Both the position numbers and the translations under genes were made by a program. The notes below the pieces were generated by a model. It was given only the letters and a program-made list of their open reading frames with translations, was not told where the DNA came from and did no database searches. A DNA stretch of 64,000 bases, from positions 2,316 to 66,315 of the forward strand of contig JAMPFB010000004.1 in NCBI GenBank assembly GCA_023664735.1, written 5' to 3'. Source of the stretch: Robinsoniella sp. (GTDB lineage Bacteria; Bacillota; Clostridia; Lachnospirales; Lachnospiraceae). This document shows positions 56,460 through 64,000 of this stretch, piece by piece. Numbering within the stretch: position 1 is the stretch's first letter; each line of letters starts with the position of its first letter.

Positions 56460-57611
56460 TTAAGATTTTAGGGCATAATACCCTCCTCTTACCTGAATGA
56501 AACCTTCTTTTTCAAGCTTTATCAAAATTTCCATGAGTTTTTTTAATTCGGGTGGCTTTCCGTTTTTTGCTTCTTTTTTTATGTCGTCATGGATTGCCTG
56601 AACCGTTTTTGGATAATAGTCTAGGCTTTCCAAAATCATTTGCTCTAATGCCCCCAATTGTACTTTACAGGCCTCTTCCTTTTCTCCAAAAGCTCCATCC
56701 CCTATAGGGTATATAGCTTTCCCACATACTTCCTTTATAAATTCTTCCACGGAACAGAGCACATCTGCACCCTGCTTTATCAGCCGGTTGCATCCGGCGC
56801 TTAAGGAATCCGTTACCCTTCCCGGAACTACGTATACGTCTCTTCCCTGCTCCAATGCCATGTCTACAGTAATCAGCGTGCCGCTTTTTTCTTTTGCTTC
56901 TACCACGACTACTGCCCTAGACAAACCGCTGATAATCCGGTTCCTTGCCGGAAAATTACATGCTTTTGGTTCTGTTCCCGGAGGATATTCAGAAATAATG
57001 CCTCCCTTTCGTTTCATGTTTTCATAAACGTTCCTGCTGCCTAAGGGATAACATATATCCACTCCGCTTCCAAGCACTCCATAAGCCTCCCCCTCTTTTA
57101 AAGCGGACTGTTGGGCAATGCTGTCTATCCCTCTTGCCATTCCGCTGACTACCTGTATTCCTCTTCCAGCAAGGGCTTTTCCTAATTCCTTTGCCACATG
57201 CGCTCCATAAGCAGAGCATTCTCTTGCCCCTATGACCGCCACCACAGGCCTGTCCTGCTTTGGAAGCCGCCCTATTACATACAAAGCCCATGGCGCATCC
57301 GGAATCTCTCTCAGACTATTGGGATATAATGGATGAAATGCGGGATAAAAATCAATTCCCTTTCTTTTCATTTTATCATATTCTTTTTTGATATCCCATT
57401 CTTCCCTTGTCCTTATAATATGATATACAGTCTCTTCCTTAAATATGCTTTCTGTTTCCACATAAAGTTGAAGCATCTGCTTCTTTTCCATGAAATAAAG
57501 CCGACTTGGTTTTGAACCTTTCGCAAGCAGCTTGCGGATTCCTTTGTTGCCCACTCCTTTTATATTATGAAGCCAGTAAGCATATGGCAATTCCTCTTTG
57601 TAAGCTTCCAT
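56460..57611 (-). CDS. dprA: DNA-processing protein DprA (Smf)
   Basis: 383 aa. Rossmann-like DprA core (VVAVIGARECSAYG, SGMARGIDSIAQQSAL, GVLGSGVDICYP) and a C-terminal wHTH-like tail. Confidence 0.9.
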   Translation of the reverse strand: MEAYKEELPYAYWLHNIKGVGNKGIRKLLAKGSKPSRLYFMEKKQMLQLYVETESIFKEETVYHIIRTREEWDIKKEYDKMKRKGIDFYPAFHPLYPNSLREIPDAPWALYVIGRLPKQDRPVVAVIGARECSAYGAHVAKELGKALAGRGIQVVSGMARGIDSIAQQSALKEGEAYGVLGSGVDICYPLGSRNVYENMKRKGGIISEYPPGTEPKACNFPARNRIISGLSRAVVVVEAKEKSGTLITVDMALEQGRDVYVVPGRVTDSLSAGCNRLIKQGADVLCSVEEFIKEVCGKAIYPIGDGAFGEKEEACKVQLGALEQMILESLDYYPKTVQAIHDDIKKEAKNGKPPELKKLMEILIKLEKEGFIQVRGGYYALKS

Positions 57612-57645
57612 ATTCCTTTTTCCTCCGTTCTTTCTTTTTGCAGCT

Positions 57646-59181
57646 TTATGAAAATTCCCCGTTTAGGGACTCTAAGTCAACCGAATAGCTCAATGCCTCC
57701 ATGACATGTTCCTTTTGTATTTTACTGCTTTTTTCCAAATCGGCTATTGTTCTGGAAATTTTAAGTATTCCAAAATAGGCTCTTGGCGTCATGCTTCTCT
57801 TTTGAAATATTTCCTCCAGCATTCTTTCCGTAGCTCTGTCCAGTTGACAGTATTCCTTTATGCTATGCCCTCTAAGGTGCCCGTTATGATGTATATCCGT
57901 CCCACGGTATCTTTCTTCCTGCAGGCTTCTGGCTTCCTTTACCATATCCGCCATGACCTTGCTGGTAATGGCTTTTCCAGCTTTCTTTCCGGAAAATATT
58001 TCTATTTTAACAGGTTCCACAACCATACAGATATCCATTCTGTCCAAAATCGGTCCTGATACTCTGTTCCTGTATCTTTTTCTCTCCTTTAGGCTGCAGT
58101 GACATTTCCCCATATCCGGAAAATATCCGCAAGGGCATAAGTTCATGGCACCCACCAGCATAAAGTCCGCCGGATAAGTGAAGGTTCCGGTATTTCTTGT
58201 TATTTGTATCCTTTTTTCTTCCAACGGCTGCCTCATGCTATCTAAGGCCTCTCTTTTAAATTCTGCCATTTCATCTAAAAAAAGCACGCCTTTATGAGCC
58301 AAGCTAATTGCTCCCGGCACCGGCATCCTGCCTCCTCCGGTCAATGCCTGCTGCGTAGCGGAATGATGAGGTGCAACGTAAGGAGGCCGCCTCATCATTT
58401 GTCCCTCTTTTAACAAGCCCGATATGCTGTAAACCTTGGATACTTCCACACATTCTTCTTCGGACAGCTTTGGCAGTATACCCGGAATCCTTTTGGCAAT
58501 CATGGTTTTCCCCGCTCCGGGCGTCCCCAGCATAAGAAAATGATGAAAGCCTGCTGCCGCAATCAGGGCAGCCCTCTTTACAGCCTCCTGCCCTTCCACC
58601 TCGGAAAAATCCGGCTCTTCTTTTTGGATTAGCGGTATCTGTGGGTCATTTCTAAGAAGCATAGGGATTTCTTTTTGGGAAACCAGCTCTGTTGTTTCTT
58701 TTAGATGGCTTACTCCAAATATGGCAATATCTCCCACCAGATTTCCTTCCTTTTCGTTTTCTTTTGGCACTACACATGCCTTCATTCCTCTTTTTCTTGC
58801 TTCCAATACAATGGGGAGTATTCCTTTCACGCCTCGGATGCTTCCATCTAACCCAAGCTCTCCTACAAAGAGAACATGCTTTTGCCAGACCTCCTCCACT
58901 TTCCCCATGGCTCCAAGAATGCCTACTGCAATAGGTAAATCAAAGGAGCTTCCTGCCTTACGCACATTGGCAGGAGAAAGATTTACCGTTACCCTTTGTC
59001 CCGGTATGGAAACACCGCAGTTATGCATTGACACACGCACCCGTTCCTTTGCTTCTCTGACTTCTGAGCTTAAAAAGCCCACTAATTCCATGCAGGGAAG
59101 TCCTGTAGAAATGTCTACCTCTACTGTAACAAGGTAGCATTCTATCCCCTGCAAGGCACCTGACATGACTTTGCAAAACAT
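57646..59181 (-). CDS. comM: Mg-chelatase-like AAA+ protein ComM/YifB
   Basis: 511 aa. N-terminal Lon-protease-like domain (GLPCMELVG), Walker A GTPGAGKTM, Walker B VLFLDEM. Confidence 0.9.
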   Translation of the reverse strand: MFCKVMSGALQGIECYLVTVEVDISTGLPCMELVGFLSSEVREAKERVRVSMHNCGVSIPGQRVTVNLSPANVRKAGSSFDLPIAVGILGAMGKVEEVWQKHVLFVGELGLDGSIRGVKGILPIVLEARKRGMKACVVPKENEKEGNLVGDIAIFGVSHLKETTELVSQKEIPMLLRNDPQIPLIQKEEPDFSEVEGQEAVKRAALIAAAGFHHFLMLGTPGAGKTMIAKRIPGILPKLSEEECVEVSKVYSISGLLKEGQMMRRPPYVAPHHSATQQALTGGGRMPVPGAISLAHKGVLFLDEMAEFKREALDSMRQPLEEKRIQITRNTGTFTYPADFMLVGAMNLCPCGYFPDMGKCHCSLKERKRYRNRVSGPILDRMDICMVVEPVKIEIFSGKKAGKAITSKVMADMVKEARSLQEERYRGTDIHHNGHLRGHSIKEYCQLDRATERMLEEIFQKRSMTPRAYFGILKISRTIADLEKSSKIQKEHVMEALSYSVDLESLNGEFS

Positions 59182-59260
59182 AGATTTTCTCCTTTACTTA
59201 AGAAATTGTTATTATATTTTTGTGTTTTATTGGAAATCCTGTCTGAAACGACAGATTTTA

Positions 59261-59294
59261 ATTCCTTCCCTGTCTTCTGTTACAGGGAAGGAAT
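59261..59294 (-). terminator. Stem-loop after pilT (candidate terminator)
   Basis: 13-bp GC-containing stem ATTCCTTCCCTGT/ACAGGGAAGGAAT, 30 nt after the pilT stop. The trailing sequence TTAAAATCTG is only moderately U-rich. Confidence 0.45.
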
Positions 59295-59324
59295 CGTTTA
59301 GATGTTTTTAGATAATAGGAATTA

Positions 59325-60380
59325 TTATACTTTTGTCCTCATAACACCGGAATCATGGGCATATTTAATGCAGTCATCCTTAGAAATCTTCCTTTGCATA
59401 TAAAGCGCCAGCAAAGCATCATCCATCGTTTGCATTCCTGCCTGCTTATTGGTCTGTAAAATGGATGAAACCTGATGGGTTTTCCCTTCACGAACCAGAT
59501 TCCGAACCGCATGGTTTGCAATGAGCACCTCAAAGGCAGCTACACGTCCATTTCCATCTATGGTAGGAATCAATGTCTGTGCCACAATAGCCTCAAGCAC
59601 GTTTGAAAGCTGCACCCGGATCTGCTGCTGCTGGTGTGGCGGGAATACGTCTATGATACGGTCAATGGTACTTGCCGCATCTACGGTATGTAAGGTGGAA
59701 AAAACAAGATGTCCGGTTTCTGCTGCAGTAATGGCAATTCCAATTGTTTCAAAATCACGCATCTCACCTACTAAAATAACATCCGGGTCTTCACGGAGGG
59801 CAGCCCTTAGTGCATTAGCAAAGCTTCCGGTATCCATTCCCACTTCTCTTTGGTTAACCATGGACTTCTTGTGGCGGTGCATATATTCGATAGGGTCTTC
59901 CAAGGTAATAATATGGGCATCCCTGTTGGTATTAATCTTGTCTAATATGGAGGCAAGCGTAGTGGACTTACCACTACCGGTAGGTCCTGTTACAAGCACG
60001 AGCCCCCTCTTTTTGTGCTGCATCGCCACTACAGAGGGCGGCACGCCCAGACTTTCCGAGCTGGGAATATCAATACTGATAGTACGAAGAGCCATAGCTA
60101 CCGCTCCCCGCTGTCTGAACACATTCAGACGATACCGTCCAAGTCCCTGTACGGCTACGGACATATCGTATTCTCCCTCTTCTTCAAATTTTTCTCTCTG
60201 CCCCGGTGTCATGACCTGCATGGCAAGGCTCTGGGTATCCTCCGGCGTAAGCTCTGGAAAATTCATTTTCTGCAGCCTTCCATAAACGCGCATGATGGGA
60301 GGAAGTCCTGTGGTAAGGTGCACATCCGAAGCATTTGCATCGTGTGCTACCTGTAAAATTTCTGGCATTGTTGGCAACAT
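59325..60380 (-). CDS. pilT: Pilus retraction ATPase PilT
   Basis: 351 aa. ASDVHLTTGLPPIMRVYG, Walker A GPTGSGKSTT, ILVGEMRD, and GHLVFSTLHT (His box). Confidence 0.9.
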   Translation of the reverse strand: MLPTMPEILQVAHDANASDVHLTTGLPPIMRVYGRLQKMNFPELTPEDTQSLAMQVMTPGQREKFEEEGEYDMSVAVQGLGRYRLNVFRQRGAVAMALRTISIDIPSSESLGVPPSVVAMQHKKRGLVLVTGPTGSGKSTTLASILDKINTNRDAHIITLEDPIEYMHRHKKSMVNQREVGMDTGSFANALRAALREDPDVILVGEMRDFETIGIAITAAETGHLVFSTLHTVDAASTIDRIIDVFPPHQQQQIRVQLSNVLEAIVAQTLIPTIDGNGRVAAFEVLIANHAVRNLVREGKTHQVSSILQTNKQAGMQTMDDALLALYMQRKISKDDCIKYAHDSGVMRTKV

Positions 60381-60450
60381 GTTTTCTTGTCCTTTCTATC
60401 CCTTATTTTATCCTATTATAGCTTTAGAATAATATTCCTGTATTATGTAA

Positions 60451-61617
60451 TTAAAAATCCCTTCCCGGAACATATGCTTCTTCCGGCTCCTCGTCTGGCA
60501 CCTTGGCATATTCCGGTTCTTGTACCATGTATCCGTTTTCTCTTAAAAACTCTATGTCCATAACATGACGATTGTCCAATGTCTTCATAATATCTTTAAT
60601 TTCTAAGTCCCCGTAAGTATTCCTGTCGCTTAAATCCAAAACCTGATTGTCCTGAAAGCTCAGCACAACCGGATACAGGATGTCCTCATCATTGGCTGTA
60701 ATGACAATTCCTTTTTCACCTGTATTTAATTCAACAGCAAGTCCCGGACGCAACAGATTGATGGATTTAATCAATGCCCCTACCGCTTTTTCATCAAAGG
60801 CATCCTTTCTCTCTAGCAAAAGCCGTATGGCCGCTACTTCTGATTCCGGTGTTCCGTTTATGCTCATGGCAGTCATAGAGTCAAACAATTCTGCCACCAT
60901 AAGGATTTTGGCTCCTTTTACAAGCTTTGTCCCATTGTATGTACCGGAATAAAAATCAGATAATGCTTTCTGGCTCTGTGCGCAGATGCGCTTTATATTC
61001 GGGTTGGAGGAAAATACCAAATCTATCACTTCATGCCCTTTTGCCTCCGCCCCCTGCAGGATTACTTTTTCCTGCTCAGTCAGCTTTTCTTTTTCCCCAA
61101 GTCCGTCGGAAATGGTCAGCCTTCCAATATCATGGACGAGAGCTGCCAGAACTGTTTCAAGCTGCTCCTCCGGCTTTGCATTCATATTTCGCGCAATCAT
61201 GGCACACAGCATAGCCACGTTCACAGAATGCTTGTATATGAAATCCTCCCTGCTTCTAAGGTTTTGTATGAAATTAATCTTATGGTCGAGACGTCCGTAA
61301 TTTTTGATGACATTAGAAGCAATGACTTGTATCTTTGGTGCTTTCTTTGTCTGCAAAATCATTGCCAGCTCTTCTTTTAGTGCAAAGACTGCCATAGTCT
61401 GGTAGCGTTCAAAGGCAATATCCTCTTCCGTCATGGGCGGTACCGGTTCTGCCGGCTCCAACACGAATATCCCAATCAGAGCAAAGTTCCTTATGCTTTG
61501 GATTCCCTGAGATGTCAATTTGGAATTCCTTTCATAAAGTAATACTCCATCCCGATTGTATATAGGTCTTGCCAATCGCATTCCCACCTTCAGAGCTTCT
61601 GTTTTTACAAACTTCAT
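60451..61617 (-). CDS. HD-GYP-family protein with degenerate catalytic motifs
   Basis: 388 aa. The N-terminal region LKVGMRLARPIYNRDGVLLYERNSKLTSQGI is typical of HD-GYP proteins. The HD domain keeps KHSVNV and LVHDIGRL. By manual alignment, the HHE and GYP positions read QSQK and GTYNG. Confidence 0.65.
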   Translation of the reverse strand: MKFVKTEALKVGMRLARPIYNRDGVLLYERNSKLTSQGIQSIRNFALIGIFVLEPAEPVPPMTEEDIAFERYQTMAVFALKEELAMILQTKKAPKIQVIASNVIKNYGRLDHKINFIQNLRSREDFIYKHSVNVAMLCAMIARNMNAKPEEQLETVLAALVHDIGRLTISDGLGEKEKLTEQEKVILQGAEAKGHEVIDLVFSSNPNIKRICAQSQKALSDFYSGTYNGTKLVKGAKILMVAELFDSMTAMSINGTPESEVAAIRLLLERKDAFDEKAVGALIKSINLLRPGLAVELNTGEKGIVITANDEDILYPVVLSFQDNQVLDLSDRNTYGDLEIKDIMKTLDNRHVMDIEFLRENGYMVQEPEYAKVPDEEPEEAYVPGRDF

Positions 61618-61640
61618 GGTTCTTCCCCCTGTATTTTGTC

Positions 61641-62282
61641 TTAACTCAACTGTTCAAATGCCTGCCTAAGCTTGCAAAGCGCCTTTTTCTCAATCCTTGA
61701 CACATAGCTTCTGGATATGCCAAGCGCCTTGCCAATCTCCCGCTGGGTAATTTCCCGGTCTGTTATAAGTCCGTAGCGCATCAGGATGATGTCTTTTTCT
61801 CTTCCCTTTAGCACTTTATCCACAAGCGTCATGAGCTTTGCAATGTCTTCTCTTGTAGCCATCTGCTCCACTACATCCAGCTGCTCCGAAACTGTAATAT
61901 CCAGTAAATTTATTTCATTGCCTTCTTTGTCTGTTCCAAGAGGTTCATACAGGGAAACTTCCTTTGAGGTTTTCTTTTTTGCCCTAAGCAGCATAAGCAG
62001 TTCATTGTCAATGCACCTTGCGGCATAGGTTGCCAGCCTGCTCCCCTTCGTCTCATCAAAGGTGCTCACGGCTTTAATCAGTCCAATGGTACCTATTGAT
62101 ATAAGGTCCTCTTGCTCTTCTTCTACATTTTGGTACTTTTTTGCAATATGGGCAACCAGCCTTAGGTTCCGCTCAATCAGTATCCCCCGCGCTTCCTTTG
62201 CCTGTGCCTCATCGCCTTCTCTAAGCAGCCTTATATAGTAAGCTTCTTCTGTCTCTGACAGAGGTTTTTGAAAGGTTTGCAA
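61641..62282 (-). CDS. sigK: Sporulation sigma factor SigK-like, without pro-sequence
   Basis: 213 aa. FQKPLSETEE...ERNLRLVAHIAKKY, LATYAARCIDNELLMLLRA, and GISRSYVSRIEKKAL closely parallel mature B. subtilis SigK. TTG start; in-frame TAG and TAA lie 21-27 nt upstream. Confidence 0.8.
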   Translation of the reverse strand: MQTFQKPLSETEEAYYIRLLREGDEAQAKEARGILIERNLRLVAHIAKKYQNVEEEQEDLISIGTIGLIKAVSTFDETKGSRLATYAARCIDNELLMLLRAKKKTSKEVSLYEPLGTDKEGNEINLLDITVSEQLDVVEQMATREDIAKLMTLVDKVLKGREKDIILMRYGLITDREITQREIGKALGISRSYVSRIEKKALCKLRQAFEQLS

Positions 62283-62426
62283 GAAAAGCCCCCAAAAAAC
62301 ATTTTACTATAGTATATGCGTAGGGTTTGGCTCACGGTACACTCTGTTTTTATTATACAAACTCGACTACTAAAAAGCAAGTCGAAATAGTGAAATTTAC
62401 TAAACAGTTACTAATTTGTTTGCTCC

Positions 62427-62455
62427 TTGATAGAAGATAAGAAAAATGTTATAAT
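62427..62455 (+). promoter_or_regulatory. Candidate sigma-A promoter for the plus-strand membrane protein gene
   Basis: TTGATA-17 nt-TATAAT with TGt extended -10, about 67 nt upstream of ATG 62522. Confidence 0.6.
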
Positions 62456-62521
62456 TCTAAAAGTTTAGGAAAATTATTTCTTATTATATTACTTTTCAAG
62501 CCGAAAGGAGCTCTATTTTTT

Positions 62522-64000
62522 ATGAAAAAAACAAACAAAGCTATTTTCAAAAGCATTTATCCCTATATAGCTGCCTTTTTTATTCCGGCACTTTTATTAT
62601 TTCTGGTACATATCCTGTTCCAATCCGGTTACGGCACTCCTCTTATCGGAGTCCTCTCCCCTTCGCAAATACTTTGGAACGGGCTTGCCAGCGTATGCTT
62701 CTTTTTTTATATCAGGCATACTGCCGCTGCTTCCCGTATAGGGCTCTGCTGGCAGCTTATGGTTTCTTTTGCTTATGGACTCTGTTCTTATGGAATTTTA
62801 CAGGAAAGCTCTGTTTCTGCTTTGTGCCTTTATGCAATTTTTCCCCTTGTATTTTTATCCTTTGAGCAAATGATATCCGGAAAGAAATATTTTCCTTTTC
62901 TCTGTATGGCAGCGCTGGCTTTTATCATAAATCCAGCCTGCGTGGCACCCATTTTTCTCTTGTTTTTTCTTCTGACTTTTTTAGAAGCCGGACAGGCTTA
63001 TACTGCTTCCCTTGGGAACATCCTGCACCGCTTAAGCTGCCTTTTGCTTTCTTTATCCCTTGGCGCATTACGGATAATCCCTTATTTTCATGACCTGAAG
63101 GATTCCTTCCAGTATTCCGGCTTTTTCCAAAGCTATTCGATACCGGTGTTCTTATCCCGTTTCCTGCCCGGAAGCGCACCGTCAATTGCCTATTCCACTC
63201 CATATGGCATCGACTTATACTTTGGTTTCTTTTTCCTCCTGTTATTCCTTTTATTTTTCTTTTGCAAAACCATTTCCAGCCATAAACGGTTAAGCTACGG
63301 CATTATGGCGCTGCTATTAGCTGCTTCTTTGGAATTTTCAACAGTTACTTATGTCTCTCGTTTTTTTGCAGAGCCTGACGGCTATTCTCTTGTGCACAGC
63401 TTCCTTTTGGTTTTCTGGTGCCTGAAGCTTGCCGCAGAAGCGATTTCACATTTTAAAGACATTTCATTTTTCCAATTAGGCTGCGCTTCCGCCATCGCCT
63501 CTTTAGTTTTGGCAGTCTGCTGGCTTTTTTCTTCTCATAATTTCAGCCCAATGCTCATTCCATCCCTGGCATTGCTTTTCGCATTTATGTTAACCTTACT
63601 GTTCCTATTCAAAAGTAAACGCAACAGGAAATATCCGCAAATGTTTCTATTTCTTCTTATATTTATAGAATTTTTTGCCAATACATTAATCAGCCCTAAT
63701 CTGGATTTTCTTGCTTCCGGAAGAAATACTGCCTCTTCCTGCATTTGGGACAATCCTACAAATACGGAAACAGAAACATCTGATTCCAATAAAACAACTG
63801 AGTTGACTCAGAATGCCGCAGAGGATTATAGGCAATTTGTCTCCACACATACTGCAGACCAGACACTTATAAATCTGGTTAATGACTTACAGGCAAACGT
63901 TTCTTTGGATGCTTCTGAAATAGAGAAATACTGCGGCAAAAAGCTCCCGAACCAATTAGAGCGGCTTAACGGGCTCTGCCACAAAATTGGCTGCAAGGAG
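62522..64000 (+). CDS. Large polytopic membrane protein, truncated by the window edge (possibly YfhO-like; family uncertain)
   Basis: Absent from the ORF track because no stop occurs in the window. Manual translation from ATG 62522 (AAAGGAG upstream) gives 493 codons without a stop: many hydrophobic segments, then a polar region (NPTNTETETSDSNKTTE). Confidence 0.65.
   Translation, partial: MKKTNKAIFKSIYPYIAAFFIPALLLFLVHILFQSGYGTPLIGVLSPSQILWNGLASVCFFFYIRHTAAASRIGLCWQLMVSFAYGLCSYGILQESSVSALCLYAIFPLVFLSFEQMISGKKYFPFLCMAALAFIINPACVAPIFLLFFLLTFLEAGQAYTASLGNILHRLSCLLLSLSLGALRIIPYFHDLKDSFQYSGFFQSYSIPVFLSRFLPGSAPSIAYSTPYGIDLYFGFFFLLLFLLFFFCKTISSHKRLSYGIMALLLAASLEFSTVTYVSRFFAEPDGYSLVHSFLLVFWCLKLAAEAISHFKDISFFQLGCASAIASLVLAVCWLFSSHNFSPMLIPSLALLFAFMLTLLFLFKSKRNRKYPQMFLFLLIFIEFFANTLISPNLDFLASGRNTASSCIWDNPTNTETETSDSNKTTELTQNAAEDYRQFVSTHTADQTLINLVNDLQANVSLDASEIEKYCGKKLPNQLERLNGLCHKIGCKE

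Noticed and set aside
59182-59324. A promoter for comM (TATAAT at about 59212-59217 on the minus strand).
   Set aside because: A good -10 exists, but I found no acceptable -35 or extended -10. The evidence is too weak to list as a feature.

Overview
This window looks like a chromosomal segment from a Firmicutes/Clostridia organism, possibly Lachnospiraceae-like; that assignment is inferred from gene order and protein character only. Fifty-six consecutive genes lie on the minus strand (1-62282). One plus-strand gene starts at 62522.

Reading the minus strand from high to low coordinates:
- sigK (no pro-sequence), a degenerate HD-GYP protein, and pilT.
- comM and dprA.
- A ~20 kb type IV pilus (T4P) operon: pilB, pilC, two pilins, pilD, a pilM-N fusion, pilO, four minor-pilin-like genes of 590/840/188/~760 aa, and a 1697-aa exported protein.
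- topA.
- A ~740 bp non-coding spacer.
- codY.
- A complete Bacillus-type fla/che operon, flgB through cheD, then fliA and a FapA-like gene. It includes flbD-motAB and a PilZ gene.

No rRNA, tRNA, CRISPR array, transposase or integrase was seen.

The most unusual features are:
1. The topA-codY spacer. It holds two ~147-nt near-perfect hairpins that are inverted, diverged copies of one element. They share a perfect 45-bp core and have compensatory stem changes. They flank four copies of a 38-bp tandem repeat and G-rich tracts.
2. The pilus operon. Its tip-pilin set is oversized, and it ends in a giant non-pilin protein with integrin/PilY1-type calcium-loop motifs.
3. Several c-di-GMP-related modules: tandem MshEN motifs in PilB, a PilZ gene inside the flagellar operon, and the degenerate HD-GYP protein next to pilT.

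All functional calls come from manual motif recognition and gene order. No database search was run.
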